A stretch of 64,000 bases of DNA from Gemmatimonadota bacterium (GTDB lineage: Bacteria > Gemmatimonadota > Gemmatimonadetes > Gemmatimonadales > GWC2-71-9): NCBI GenBank assembly GCA_020350425.1, contig CP070716.1, positions 2,591,382 through 2,655,381 on the forward strand, in the 5' to 3' direction. The notes beneath the pieces were generated by a model that saw nothing but the letters and a program-made list of their open reading frames with translations, had not been told where the DNA came from and made no database searches. Below, piece after piece: positions 54,019-62,788 of the stretch. The stretch's first letter is position 1; every line of letters starts with the position of its first letter. Made by a program: the position numbers and the translations under genes.

Positions 54019-55034
54019 GGAAGGGGGACGGCGTCGTCGGACGACGGTTCCACCGACCCCGCCAGCAGCTTCCAGAGCTCCTCCTTGAGCTCGTCCAGGC
54101 CCCGGTGCGCCACCGAGGAGATCGCCACGACACCGCTCGCCTGCGGTGCGATGATTGCCGGGGGCGCCGTCTCGGGCGGCAACAGGTCCCGCTTGGTGAG
54201 CACCACCAGATGCGGCTTCGCCGCCACCTTCGGATCGTACGCCTCGACCTCGGCCCTGAGCGTGTCGTAGCTGGCCTGCGGGTCCTCGACCTCTACCGGG
54301 ATCAGGTAGGCGAGCACGCGAGTGCGCTCCACATGCTGCAGGAAGCGGTCGCCCAGCCCCTTGCCTTCGTGCGCGCCCTCAATCAACCCCGGGATGTCGG
54401 CCATCACGAAGGAGCGGCCGCCGGAGAGGCCCACCACGCCCAGCTGGGGGGTGAGCGTGGTGAACGGATACTCGGCGATCTTGGGCTTGGCCGCGGACAC
54501 CACCGAGAGCAGCGTACTCTTGCCGGCGTTGGGCTCCCCTAGCACCCCCACATCGGCCAGCAGCTTGAGCACCAGCTCGAGGGTGCGGTCCTCGCCCTCG
54601 TCTCCCGGCTCCCACTCGCGCGGCGCCTGGTGCGTGGACGTGGCGAAGCGGGCGTTGCCGCGACCGCCGCGCCCCCCCTTGGCGACGAGCAGTGCCTCGC
54701 CGGGGCGCACCACCTCACCGAGCGATTCGCCGCTGGCGGCGTCGAGCGCCACCGTGCCCGGCGGCACCGGGAGGTAGATATCCTCGCCCGACTTGCCCGT
54801 TTTGTTGGACCCCATCCCGTGCTGCCCGCGCTCCGCCTTGCGGTGCGCGTTGTAGCGGTAGTCGAGCAGCGTCGTGAGGTGGGCATCGGCCTGCAGGAAG
54901 ATGCTCCCCCCGCGTCCTCCGTCGCCGCCGTCCGGCCCGCCCTTGGGCACGAACATCTCACGGCGGAAGGAGGTGCAGCCCGACCCGCCGGTCCCGGCCG
55001 TGACGCGCAGCGTCACCCGATCGACGAAGTTCAT
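54015..55034 (-). CDS. obg: GTPase Obg/CgtA
   Basis: Start at the ATG at 55034 (MNFVDRVTLRVTAGTGGSGC...). Glycine-rich Obg fold GGPDGGDGGRGG and G1 motif GEPNAGKST. Confidence 0.95.
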   Translation of the reverse strand: MNFVDRVTLRVTAGTGGSGCTSFRREMFVPKGGPDGGDGGRGGSIFLQADAHLTTLLDYRYNAHRKAERGQHGMGSNKTGKSGEDIYLPVPPGTVALDAASGESLGEVVRPGEALLVAKGGRGGRGNARFATSTHQAPREWEPGDEGEDRTLELVLKLLADVGVLGEPNAGKSTLLSVVSAAKPKIAEYPFTTLTPQLGVVGLSGGRSFVMADIPGLIEGAHEGKGLGDRFLQHVERTRVLAYLIPVEVEDPQASYDTLRAEVEAYDPKVAAKPHLVVLTKRDLLPPETAPPAIIAPQASGVVAISSVAHRGLDELKEELWKLLAGSVEPSSDDAVPLP

Positions 55035-55039
55035 GAGGC

Positions 55040-55059
55040 GCTCGCTCCATGGAGCGAGC
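55040..55059 (-). promoter_or_regulatory. perfect 20-nt palindrome covering the obg Shine-Dalgarno
   Basis: GCTCGCTCCATGGAGCGAGC. Its GGAG lies about 10 nt upstream of the obg ATG. Confidence 0.35.
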
Positions 55060-55107
55060 ATGCGCGCGGGCACGGGCCGTCTGCAACGCGTTCCATTGCC
55101 TGTTCCA

Positions 55108-56115
55108 TCAAACGATTGAGAGCTCCCCCTCGACCCGCATCACGCCGACGGTCTCCCACCGGGTGTTCAGCAGGGCAAGCTCGGCGAAGCGGCCCAGCGG
55201 CGAGCCGGCGGGGCGCTCCAGCCCGAGTTGGTCCAGGACGGCAACCAGCGCCGGCATGGCCGCCGGGCTGCTCCCGTCCTCCACCTTGATGGCGATGCCG
55301 AGCTGGCGATCGAGCAGCGCCGCGCCGTACACCCCTTCTGCGCCCACCTTGGCCAGCACGCGACCGGGATACGCCTGCATCAGCTCGGTGCAGAGGCGCC
55401 GGTGGCCAGCCACCATCTCGGGGTGCTTGGTCATCGCCCGCACGACGCGGCGCGACGCGTCGTCGCCAACCGTCGCGATCGTTGCGAACGCACGCGCCAT
55501 GCTGCGCAGCGGCAGCGCGAAGGCCACCACACCGCAGCCGTCCACCCCCTCGCCGAGCGCGTCGGGCGCGAGCCCCGCGCAGCCCGCCAGCGCCTCCCTG
55601 GCACGGGTTTGCACCGGGTGGCCTGCCACGTGGTAGCCCGCGGTTTCCCACCCGTGATGCTGCGCGAGGGCGAGCATCCCCGTGTGCTTGCCGGAGCAGT
55701 TGCTGGCCAGCCGCGAGGGGGGAGCGATCTCCACCTCGTCGGCCGGCCGCGTCGTGCCCACCGGCACGGAAAAGTCACCGATCAGCGCGCGGTGCGGCCC
55801 GCAGGCCAGATCGTGCTCCCCGCAGCCGAGCCGCCCGAGCCATCCGGCCACGATCTCCACCTGCCGCCGCTCCGAGTTGTGCGAGGCGCAGGCCAGCGCG
55901 AGCTCCTCGTCGGACACCGCGAACCGCTCCGCCGCGCCGTCCGCCACCAGCGGCAGCGCCTGGAAGGGCTTCGCGGCCGAGCGCGTGATCACGACGCGCT
56001 CGGGTGCGCCGGCGGCGGCCACCAGCGTACCGTCGGGGTGGCACACCGCCGCGGAAACCCGGTGCTCCGAATCGAGCATGCCGCCGCGGTAGGCGCGGAC
56101 GAGGAAGTCGCTCAT
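55108..56115 (-). CDS. asparaginase (Asparaginase_II / Rhizobium-type family)
   Basis: Start at the ATG at 56115. RSAAKPFQALP, LACASHNSE and CSGKHTGML motifs are recalled as typical of this family. Confidence 0.7.
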   Translation of the reverse strand: MSDFLVRAYRGGMLDSEHRVSAAVCHPDGTLVAAAGAPERVVITRSAAKPFQALPLVADGAAERFAVSDEELALACASHNSERRQVEIVAGWLGRLGCGEHDLACGPHRALIGDFSVPVGTTRPADEVEIAPPSRLASNCSGKHTGMLALAQHHGWETAGYHVAGHPVQTRAREALAGCAGLAPDALGEGVDGCGVVAFALPLRSMARAFATIATVGDDASRRVVRAMTKHPEMVAGHRRLCTELMQAYPGRVLAKVGAEGVYGAALLDRQLGIAIKVEDGSSPAAMPALVAVLDQLGLERPAGSPLGRFAELALLNTRWETVGVMRVEGELSIV

Positions 56116-56217
56116 GGTCGCGCGTAAGATAACGCCGCCAGCCTTCACGCTGGATTCAGACTTCCCTTAGGCAGCCCCAGTGAGGTTGAGAAAGACCTTC
56201 GCTCGAGGAGGTGCGAC

Positions 56218-56400
56218 ATGGCCGCGGAATCCAACAGGATCGATCCGATCGTCGAACGGCGTCTCGCAGCCATCGAGACGCGCGTGGCCGAGCTGGCGGA
56301 ACAGGTCAACCAGCTGGCGCATGTCCTGGGGCGGCAGGAGAAGCTGGCCAAGGAGATCGCGACGATCAAGTACGAGTCGCGGGAGGCGGAGCAGTACTGA
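56218..56400 (+). CDS. small coiled-coil protein, unknown function
   Basis: 60 aa. GGAGG lies 7 nt upstream of the ATG. About 88% third-position G+C by hand count. A strong terminator follows. Confidence 0.6.
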   Translation: MAAESNRIDPIVERRLAAIETRVAELAEQVNQLAHVLGRQEKLAKEIATIKYESREAEQY

Positions 56401-56435
56401 CGCCGGCTCGCCGGTCGTACGGTCGAGGAACGCAC

Positions 56436-56474
56436 AACGGGGAACGGTACGACAGCGCGATACCGTTCCCCGTT
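56436..56474 (+). terminator. intrinsic terminator (possibly bidirectional)
   Basis: Perfect 14-bp stem AACGGGGAACGGTA / TACCGTTCCCCGTT with an 11-nt loop, followed by TCGTTGTT. It lies between convergent genes. Confidence 0.65.
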
Positions 56475-56512
56475 TCGTTGTTCCCGCGACGCCGCCAGGC
56501 GGCGCCGGCCGC

Positions 56513-58939
56513 CTACTCGTATCGTAACGCCTGCACCGGATCCACCAACGTGGCCCGCCGCGCCGGCACGTAGGTCGCCAGCATGCCGACGGCGAACAGC
56601 ACCAGCGTGATCACGATGAACATCATCGGATCCCACGGCTCCACCTGGAACAGCAGGACCTCGAGCCCGCGCGACAGCAGCGCGGCGATCCCCAGCCCGA
56701 GGAACAGCCCGATGCCGAGCTGCCACAGGCCCTGCTTCAGCACCAGCCTGAGCACGTCGGACGCCTCGGCCCCGAGCGCCATGCGCACACCCAGCTCCTG
56801 GGTGCGGCGGCTCACGTAGAACGCCATCACACCGTACAGGCCCACCGCGCCGAGGAACAGCGCCGCCGCGCCGAACACCACGAACAGGGTGCTGAACACC
56901 TTGAAGATCCAGGTGTTTTCCGCCACCTCGTCCGCGACGGTTCGCACCCAGTAGATCGGCATGTCGGAGTCGACAGCCATCACCTCGTCCCGCAGCACGG
57001 GCGCCAGCGCCGCCGCATCGCCCCCGACGGGACGCACCGCGATGCTGAGGAACCGCGCGTCGCTCTGCGACAGCGGCACGTAGAACCCTTCGGGCTCCTC
57101 GTTCTCCGGCGGATCGAGATACATGTCGGGCACCACGCCCACGATGGTGAGCCACGGCTCTTCGCTGTCCGACTCGCCCACGCGGATGCGCCGCCCGATG
57201 GGGCTCTCGCCGGGGAAGTACTTCTCCGCAAACGGCAGGTTCACCAGCGCCACCGGCAGATTGTCGCGCGTGTCCTGGGTGCCGAAGTCACGCCCCTGCA
57301 GCACGCTGACCCCGAAGGTCTCGAAGTGCTTGGGCGTCACGATGATCTGACGGGCCAGCGGGTAGTCCTGGTCGGCCTCGTAGATCTCGCCTTCCACGGC
57401 GAAGTGGGGGCGCCCCCCGCGGCCGGTGGTCGGCAGCCCCGACGCCAGTGAGGCCACGGCGACGGCGGGATGCGCGTCGAGCCGCGCGACGGTCTGCTCG
57501 AAGAACTGGAGCCGTGCCGTCTCGTCGGGATAGTCGCTCTCGAACAGGCCGACGCGGGCGGTCATCACGCCCTCGGTGTCGAAGCCGAAGTCGAGGTTGC
57601 CCAGGTTCACGACGCTCTTGATCATGAGCCCGGCCGCCACGAGCAATCCGCACGACAGGGCGATCTCCGCCACGACCAGGCTCCTGCTGAGCTTCCCGAT
57701 GCGCAGGCTCGAGGTGCCGCGCGATTCGTCCTTCAGGATCTCGTTGACCTTGGCCCCGGAGGCCTTGAGCGCCGGCAGGATGCCGGCCATCACGGCCGCC
57801 ACGACCGTCAGGGCGATCGCGAACACCAGCACCGCACCGTCGAGCTCGAAGGCCATCCAGTACGGCGGCTCGGATCGCGCCACGGCGTTGTCAAACAGAC
57901 GGATGCCCACCCAGGCGATCACGAGCCCGAGGCCCGCGCCGACCGCAGCCAGGGTGAACGTCTCCGACAGGAACTGCATCACGATACGCAGCCGACCCGC
58001 GCCCAGCGCCGAGCGAATCGCCAGCTCCTTGCTGCGCACCGACACGCGGGCGAGCAGCAGGTTGGCCACGTTCACGCAGGCGATGACCAGCACGAGGAAG
58101 ACCGCCGCCAGCATCGTGTAGAGCAAGGCGGAAAGCTCCGGGCCGACAAACCGCTCGGTGTAGGGCTCGACGGTGGCACCGACGCCCTCGTTGGTCTCGG
58201 GATACTCCATCGCGAGCCGCTGCGCGATGGTCGAGAACTCGGCGAGCGCCGCCTCGCGCGACACGCCGTCCTTGAGCCGGCCGAACACGCCGAGCCACGT
58301 GCCCTCGTCCCGCTCCATCTCGGCCGTGTTCTGGCGGTACGGCACCCACAGCTGTTCGTTCATCGGGAAATAGAAGCCCTCGGGCATCACCCCCACGACG
58401 GTCGAAACCTCGCCGTTCACGCGCAGGGTGCGGCCGACGACGTCGGGATCGCCGCCGAAGTGGTTCTGCCACACCGTGTACCCCAAGACGGTCACGTGCG
58501 GCGAGCCGGGCTGGTCCTCGCCTTCGACGAACAGCCGGCCCATGAGCGGCGGCACCCGCAGCATGTCGAGCCCGCCGGCCATCACGAACGCCCCGGAGAA
58601 CCGCTCGGGCCGTCCCTCGAGCCCGCTCACGTTCACGGTCCCGTTGTAGAACCCACCGAGGTCCTCGAACGACGTCTGCTGTTCCCGCCAATCGAGGAAG
58701 TCGTGCACCGGCACGCCCATGCGCTGGATGTCCTCGGCCGGGTTGTTGCGGGTGAGGAACATGATGCGGTGCGACGCCTCGAACGGGAGGCCGCGGAAGA
58801 TCACCCCGTAGGTGATCGAGAACATCGTGGTGGTGAGCCCGATCCCCAGCGCCAACGCGATCACCGAGACGACGGTGTTCCCCGGGGCCTTGAGCAGCAT
58901 GCGGGCGCTGTACTTGAAGTCCTTCCAGAGCGATTCCAT
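56513..58939 (-). CDS. ABC transporter permease, duplicated MacB/FtsX type (ADOP-like)
   Basis: 808 aa. N-terminus MESLWKDFKYSARMLLKAPGNTVVSVIALALGIG, two MacB-periplasmic plus FtsX-like 4-TM halves. Confidence 0.9.
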   Translation of the reverse strand: MESLWKDFKYSARMLLKAPGNTVVSVIALALGIGLTTTMFSITYGVIFRGLPFEASHRIMFLTRNNPAEDIQRMGVPVHDFLDWREQQTSFEDLGGFYNGTVNVSGLEGRPERFSGAFVMAGGLDMLRVPPLMGRLFVEGEDQPGSPHVTVLGYTVWQNHFGGDPDVVGRTLRVNGEVSTVVGVMPEGFYFPMNEQLWVPYRQNTAEMERDEGTWLGVFGRLKDGVSREAALAEFSTIAQRLAMEYPETNEGVGATVEPYTERFVGPELSALLYTMLAAVFLVLVIACVNVANLLLARVSVRSKELAIRSALGAGRLRIVMQFLSETFTLAAVGAGLGLVIAWVGIRLFDNAVARSEPPYWMAFELDGAVLVFAIALTVVAAVMAGILPALKASGAKVNEILKDESRGTSSLRIGKLSRSLVVAEIALSCGLLVAAGLMIKSVVNLGNLDFGFDTEGVMTARVGLFESDYPDETARLQFFEQTVARLDAHPAVAVASLASGLPTTGRGGRPHFAVEGEIYEADQDYPLARQIIVTPKHFETFGVSVLQGRDFGTQDTRDNLPVALVNLPFAEKYFPGESPIGRRIRVGESDSEEPWLTIVGVVPDMYLDPPENEEPEGFYVPLSQSDARFLSIAVRPVGGDAAALAPVLRDEVMAVDSDMPIYWVRTVADEVAENTWIFKVFSTLFVVFGAAALFLGAVGLYGVMAFYVSRRTQELGVRMALGAEASDVLRLVLKQGLWQLGIGLFLGLGIAALLSRGLEVLLFQVEPWDPMMFIVITLVLFAVGMLATYVPARRATLVDPVQALRYE

Positions 58940-58948
58940 GGCGCGCCC

Positions 58949-59707
58949 CTACCCGTGCGAGGCCTGCTTCAGCTCGAAGCCGGCCTGCTCCAGCTCGTGC
59001 AGCTTCCCGCGGTTGCCGTTCTCTTCGCGGACGATCTGGCCGTCGAACAGGTGAATCGCCCGGTCGGCGTGATCCGCGTACCGCGGGTCGTGCGTCACCA
59101 TGCAGATGGTGGCGCCCTCCCGATGCAGCTCGTCGAGCAGGTTCATCACCGCCTCGCCGTTCTTCGAGTCGAGGTTGCCGGTGGGCTCGTCTGCCAGGAG
59201 GATGACCGGCCGCCCCGCGATGGCACGGGCCACGGCGACGCGTTGCTGCTGGCCCCCGGAGAGCTGCGAGGGATAGTGCTTGGCGCGGTGGCTCATCTGC
59301 ACGCGCTCGAGCGCCTGGGCCACCCGCTCCTGCCGCTCCCCCTTGGGAATGTCTCGGTAAGTGAGCGGCAGCTCGACGTTCTCGTGCACCGTGAGATCGC
59401 CGATCAGGTTGAAGGCCTGGAAAATGAACCCGATCTGCCGATTGCGGACGTAGGCGCGGTCACGCCGCGACAGGCTCGAGACCGTCTCGCCGCTCAGGTA
59501 GTAGGTGCCGTCACTGGGGGTATCGAGCAGGCCCAGAATGGAGAGCAGGGTGCTCTTGCCGCAGCCCGAGGGCCCGGCAATCGCCACGTACTCGCCTTCC
59601 CGGATCTCCAAGTTCACCCCGGCCAGCGCATGCGTCTCCACCTCGTCGGTATAGAAGACCTTGCGCAGGTCCTCGAGCTTGATGAGCGCTCCGTTCATGG
59701 TAACCAT
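58949..59707 (-). CDS. ABC transporter ATP-binding protein (MacB/LolD-like)
   Basis: Walker [10 protein letters not shown], signature [14 protein letters not shown] and Walker [12 protein letters not shown]. An alternative ATG lies at 59698. Confidence 0.93.
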   Translation of the reverse strand: MVTMNGALIKLEDLRKVFYTDEVETHALAGVNLEIREGEYVAIAGPSGCGKSTLLSILGLLDTPSDGTYYLSGETVSSLSRRDRAYVRNRQIGFIFQAFNLIGDLTVHENVELPLTYRDIPKGERQERVAQALERVQMSHRAKHYPSQLSGGQQQRVAVARAIAGRPVILLADEPTGNLDSKNGEAVMNLLDELHREGATICMVTHDPRYADHADRAIHLFDGQIVREENGNRGKLHELEQAGFELKQASHG

Positions 59708-59719
59708 GTCCGCTCCTTG

Positions 59720-60964
59720 TCAGCGCAGCCGCACGCGATCTTCGTCGTCCCACTGCGACATATCCGACAGAATCACCTGGTCCCCTTCCACCAGGCCCTC
59801 GAGAATCTCGATCGTGTTCACCGACCCGCGGCCCAACCGCACCCGCACCCGCTCGGCGTGGCCCCCGTCGGGGGTGAGCCGGAACAGCCCGACGGTGCTG
59901 CCCGATTGGCCGAACACCGGGCGGCCCACGTAGAGCACGTTCTCCAACCGCTCGATCTCGATCATGCCGTCAACCGAGAGGTCGGGTCGCGCGCCGGGGG
60001 GCAGCTCGCCGTCGAGCGCCACGTCCACGGTCACGGTCCCGCCCTGCACCGCGGGGTCGATGCGGATCACGCGCCCGGGAATCGTGTCGGTCCGTGTGTC
60101 GATCAGCGCCCGCAGCCCCACGGTGACGTCTCGCGCCTGCACCTCGGGGATGCGCACGACCGCCTTGAGCCGCTCGGGCTGCACCACCTTGGCCAGCGTT
60201 TGCCCGGGGAGGACCCACTGCCCCTCCTCCACCGAGATCTCCTGCAGCACACCGGAAGTGCCGGCCACGACTCGCATCGAGGTGATGCGCTCCCGATGGA
60301 ACCGCACGATGCGCTCGAGTCGCACGACCTGCGATTCCTGCACGGCGAGCTGCTCCCCGATGGCGCCGGCCTGGATCGCCAGCCGGCGGCGCTCGATGTC
60401 GAGGCGGGTGGCCAGCTCCTCGGCCCGCTCCTTGGCGGTCTGGGCCTCCGAGGCGGCCATGAGATTGCGCTGCACCAGCTCGTCGGCCGCGTCGGCGTTG
60501 CGCCTGGCTTCGGAGTATTGGGCCTGGGTGGACGCCACGACCGCTTCCTGATTGAGCCGCTGCGTCTCGAGCGTGGTGCGGAGGGTGACGAGCTGAGCCT
60601 GCACCGACGACAGCTGCCGCTCGGCCTCGAGCAGCTCGAGCTGCACGTCGGGGTTGCTGAGCTCGATCAGGACGGTGCCGGCCTCGACCCGGGTGCCCGG
60701 CTCCAGGTAGCGGCGCTCCACCCGGCCGGCGGTCACCGCCGGCACCCAGCGGATCTGCTCGGGAACCAGCGTCCCGGGCCCGCGCACCTGACGCAGCATG
60801 GTGCCGCGCCGCACGACGTCCACGAAGACCGTGGACCGCTCCACCGACGGGGCGGCCGGCTGAATCCCGAACACGGCCGCCGCCACGAACGCAACCGCCG
60901 TGAATGCTCCGGCGCCGTACATGTACTTCGCCTTCCGCTTGCGCGGTGCGCGCGGGATGTCCAC
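59720..60964 (-). CDS. efflux periplasmic adaptor subunit (HlyD/MacA family)
   Basis: 414 aa with an N-terminal TM anchor, a coiled-coil hairpin and beta-barrel/lipoyl-like segments. GTG start. Confidence 0.85.
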   Translation of the reverse strand: MDIPRAPRKRKAKYMYGAGAFTAVAFVAAAVFGIQPAAPSVERSTVFVDVVRRGTMLRQVRGPGTLVPEQIRWVPAVTAGRVERRYLEPGTRVEAGTVLIELSNPDVQLELLEAERQLSSVQAQLVTLRTTLETQRLNQEAVVASTQAQYSEARRNADAADELVQRNLMAASEAQTAKERAEELATRLDIERRRLAIQAGAIGEQLAVQESQVVRLERIVRFHRERITSMRVVAGTSGVLQEISVEEGQWVLPGQTLAKVVQPERLKAVVRIPEVQARDVTVGLRALIDTRTDTIPGRVIRIDPAVQGGTVTVDVALDGELPPGARPDLSVDGMIEIERLENVLYVGRPVFGQSGSTVGLFRLTPDGGHAERVRVRLGRGSVNTIEILEGLVEGDQVILSDMSQWDDEDRVRLR

Positions 60965-61045
60965 GGCAGACGCTCCTCTCCGGTCCTACTGAGGCCCTAC
61001 GGGATTGGGAGCGTGAGGTTTCCGCGATGCGCGGGCTGTGGCAAC

Positions 61046-61081
61046 GAAGAGGCCCGCCGGCATACCCGAGCGGGCCTCTTC
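61046..61081 (-). terminator. GC-rich hairpin downstream of the aminotransferase gene
   Basis: Perfect 12-bp stem GAAGAGGCCCGC / GCGGGCCTCTTC. Weak U-tract. Confidence 0.5.
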
Positions 61082-61116
61082 ACTTTGGGCGACGGGCGTG
61101 GTCGAGCGGCCGGGCG

Positions 61117-62331
61117 CTACGCCTTCACCGCCGCCCCGGCCAGCACCTCGGCGGTGTGCCCCAGCGCCCACTCCAGGTCGGTCTTCTCGACCACGAGCGG
61201 CGGAGCGAAGCGCACGACCTGCTCGTGCGTCTCCTTCGCGAGGATGCCCCGCTCCATCAGGCCTTCGCAGAAGGGCCGCGCGGGGCCGGACTCGCAGCGG
61301 ATCTCCACGCCGATCATGAGGCCCCGGCCACGCACCTCGTGCACGTGCGGCGAGTTGATGGCGCGCAGCTCCCCCATGAACCAGTCGCCCAGCTCGCGGG
61401 CCCGCTCGGCCAGCCTCTCGTCGACAATCACCTTGAGCGCGGCCCGGGCCACCGCGGCGCCCAGGGGGTTGCCGCCGAAAGTGGAACCGTGGTCCCCGGG
61501 GGCGAACACGCCCATCACCTCTTCCCCCGCGAGCATCGCGGAGACCGGATAGAAGCCACCGCTCAGGGCCTTGCCGACCACCAGCACGTCGGGCTTCACC
61601 CCCTCCCAATCGCAACAGAAGAGCTGGCCGGTGCGGCCCAGTCCGGTCTGGATCTCGTCGGCGACCAGCAGCACGTTGTGCGCGTTGCAGATTTCCGCCG
61701 CCCGGCGCAGGTACCCCTCGGGCGGGACGATCACGCCGCCCTCGCCCTGCAGCGGCTCGAAGAGGAAGGCCGCCGTATTGGGCGTGATCGCGGCCTCGAG
61801 TGCCGCCGCGTCGCCGTAGGGGATGATCGTGAATCCCGGCGTGAGCGGGCCGAAGCCCTCGCGATACGACGCCTCGGTGGAGAACGAGACGACCGTGGTG
61901 GTGCGCCCGTGGAAGTTGTTGGTGCACACGATGATCTCGGCCTGGTCGGCCGGAATCCCCTTGCTGCGGTAGCCCCAGCGCCGCACGGCCTTGATCGCCG
62001 TTTCCACCGCCTCCGCCCCGGAGTTCATGGGGAGCGCCTTCTCGTAGCCAGACAGCTCGCACAGCTCGCGCAGGAACGGTCCCATCTGGTCGTTGTGGAA
62101 CGCCCGCGAGGTCAGGGTGAGCCGGTCGATCTGCTGCTTCGCCGCCGCGACGATGGCCGGATGGCGGTGCCCCTGGTTGACCGCGGAATACGCGGCGAGG
62201 CAGTCGAGGTACTTCTTCCCCTCGATGTCCCACACCCACGCCCCCTCCCCACGGGACAGGATGATGGGCAGCGGGTGGTAGTTGTGGGCACTGTAGCGGT
62301 CGACCTCGGCCAGATAGTCGGCGGTGTTCAT
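61117..62331 (-). CDS. rocD: ornithine--oxo-acid aminotransferase
   Basis: Start at the ATG at 62331 ([35 protein letters not shown]). Class III aminotransferase features throughout. Confidence 0.88.
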   Translation of the reverse strand: MNTADYLAEVDRYSAHNYHPLPIILSRGEGAWVWDIEGKKYLDCLAAYSAVNQGHRHPAIVAAAKQQIDRLTLTSRAFHNDQMGPFLRELCELSGYEKALPMNSGAEAVETAIKAVRRWGYRSKGIPADQAEIIVCTNNFHGRTTTVVSFSTEASYREGFGPLTPGFTIIPYGDAAALEAAITPNTAAFLFEPLQGEGGVIVPPEGYLRRAAEICNAHNVLLVADEIQTGLGRTGQLFCCDWEGVKPDVLVVGKALSGGFYPVSAMLAGEEVMGVFAPGDHGSTFGGNPLGAAVARAALKVIVDERLAERARELGDWFMGELRAINSPHVHEVRGRGLMIGVEIRCESGPARPFCEGLMERGILAKETHEQVVRFAPPLVVEKTDLEWALGHTAEVLAGAAVKA

Positions 62332-62356
62332 GGACGTCCCTGCGTGAACGGTTGGA

Positions 62357-62638
62357 TTAGGGGGTATCCGCCGCGCCCGGGAGCCTGCTGCGCTCCCGCT
62401 GCTGCTGAATGACCCGCTCGGTGAAGTCGAGACGCTCCTCCGCATCCACGAAGCGCTCGTGGGTGCCGGCGGCGAGCTCGAGCAGGCGCTCCTCGTTCTG
62501 TGCCAGCCGGCGGTCCATCTCGTCCACCTTGCGGCCCAGATCGGGGTCGCCAGCGTGGCTGCTCAGACGCTTGGCAACCGCCGGAGCCACCTTCGAAGCG
62601 AAGATGATGAACGCAATGCCGATGAGGAGCTCGCCCAT
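62357..62638 (-). CDS. small membrane-anchored coiled-coil protein (PspB-like architecture, tentative)
   Basis: 93 aa. An N-terminal TM helix ([11 protein letters not shown]) is followed by a charged helix ending [15 protein letters not shown]. Confidence 0.55.
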   Translation of the reverse strand: MGELLIGIAFIIFASKVAPAVAKRLSSHAGDPDLGRKVDEMDRRLAQNEERLLELAAGTHERFVDAEERLDFTERVIQQQRERSRLPGAADTP

Positions 62639-62788
62639 GTCTGACCTAATCTAGGGGAACCGCCGGGTCCATTCCACATTTGGGTCGAAGTACTCTTCTC
62701 CAACGACGCCGCCGCTGGCGGGGTTTCAGCACGCTCACGCGAGGCGCGCGGCGCCTGCCCGGCGCGAACCGGCCGGCGCCGCCGCTCG

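Noticed and set aside
57470-61552. 1360-aa plus-strand ORF across the ABC permease, ATPase and adaptor genes
   Set aside because: Same explanation: it is in register (position 1 against position 3) with three co-framed minus-strand genes, has low-complexity Arg/His/Gly-rich translation and no motifs.
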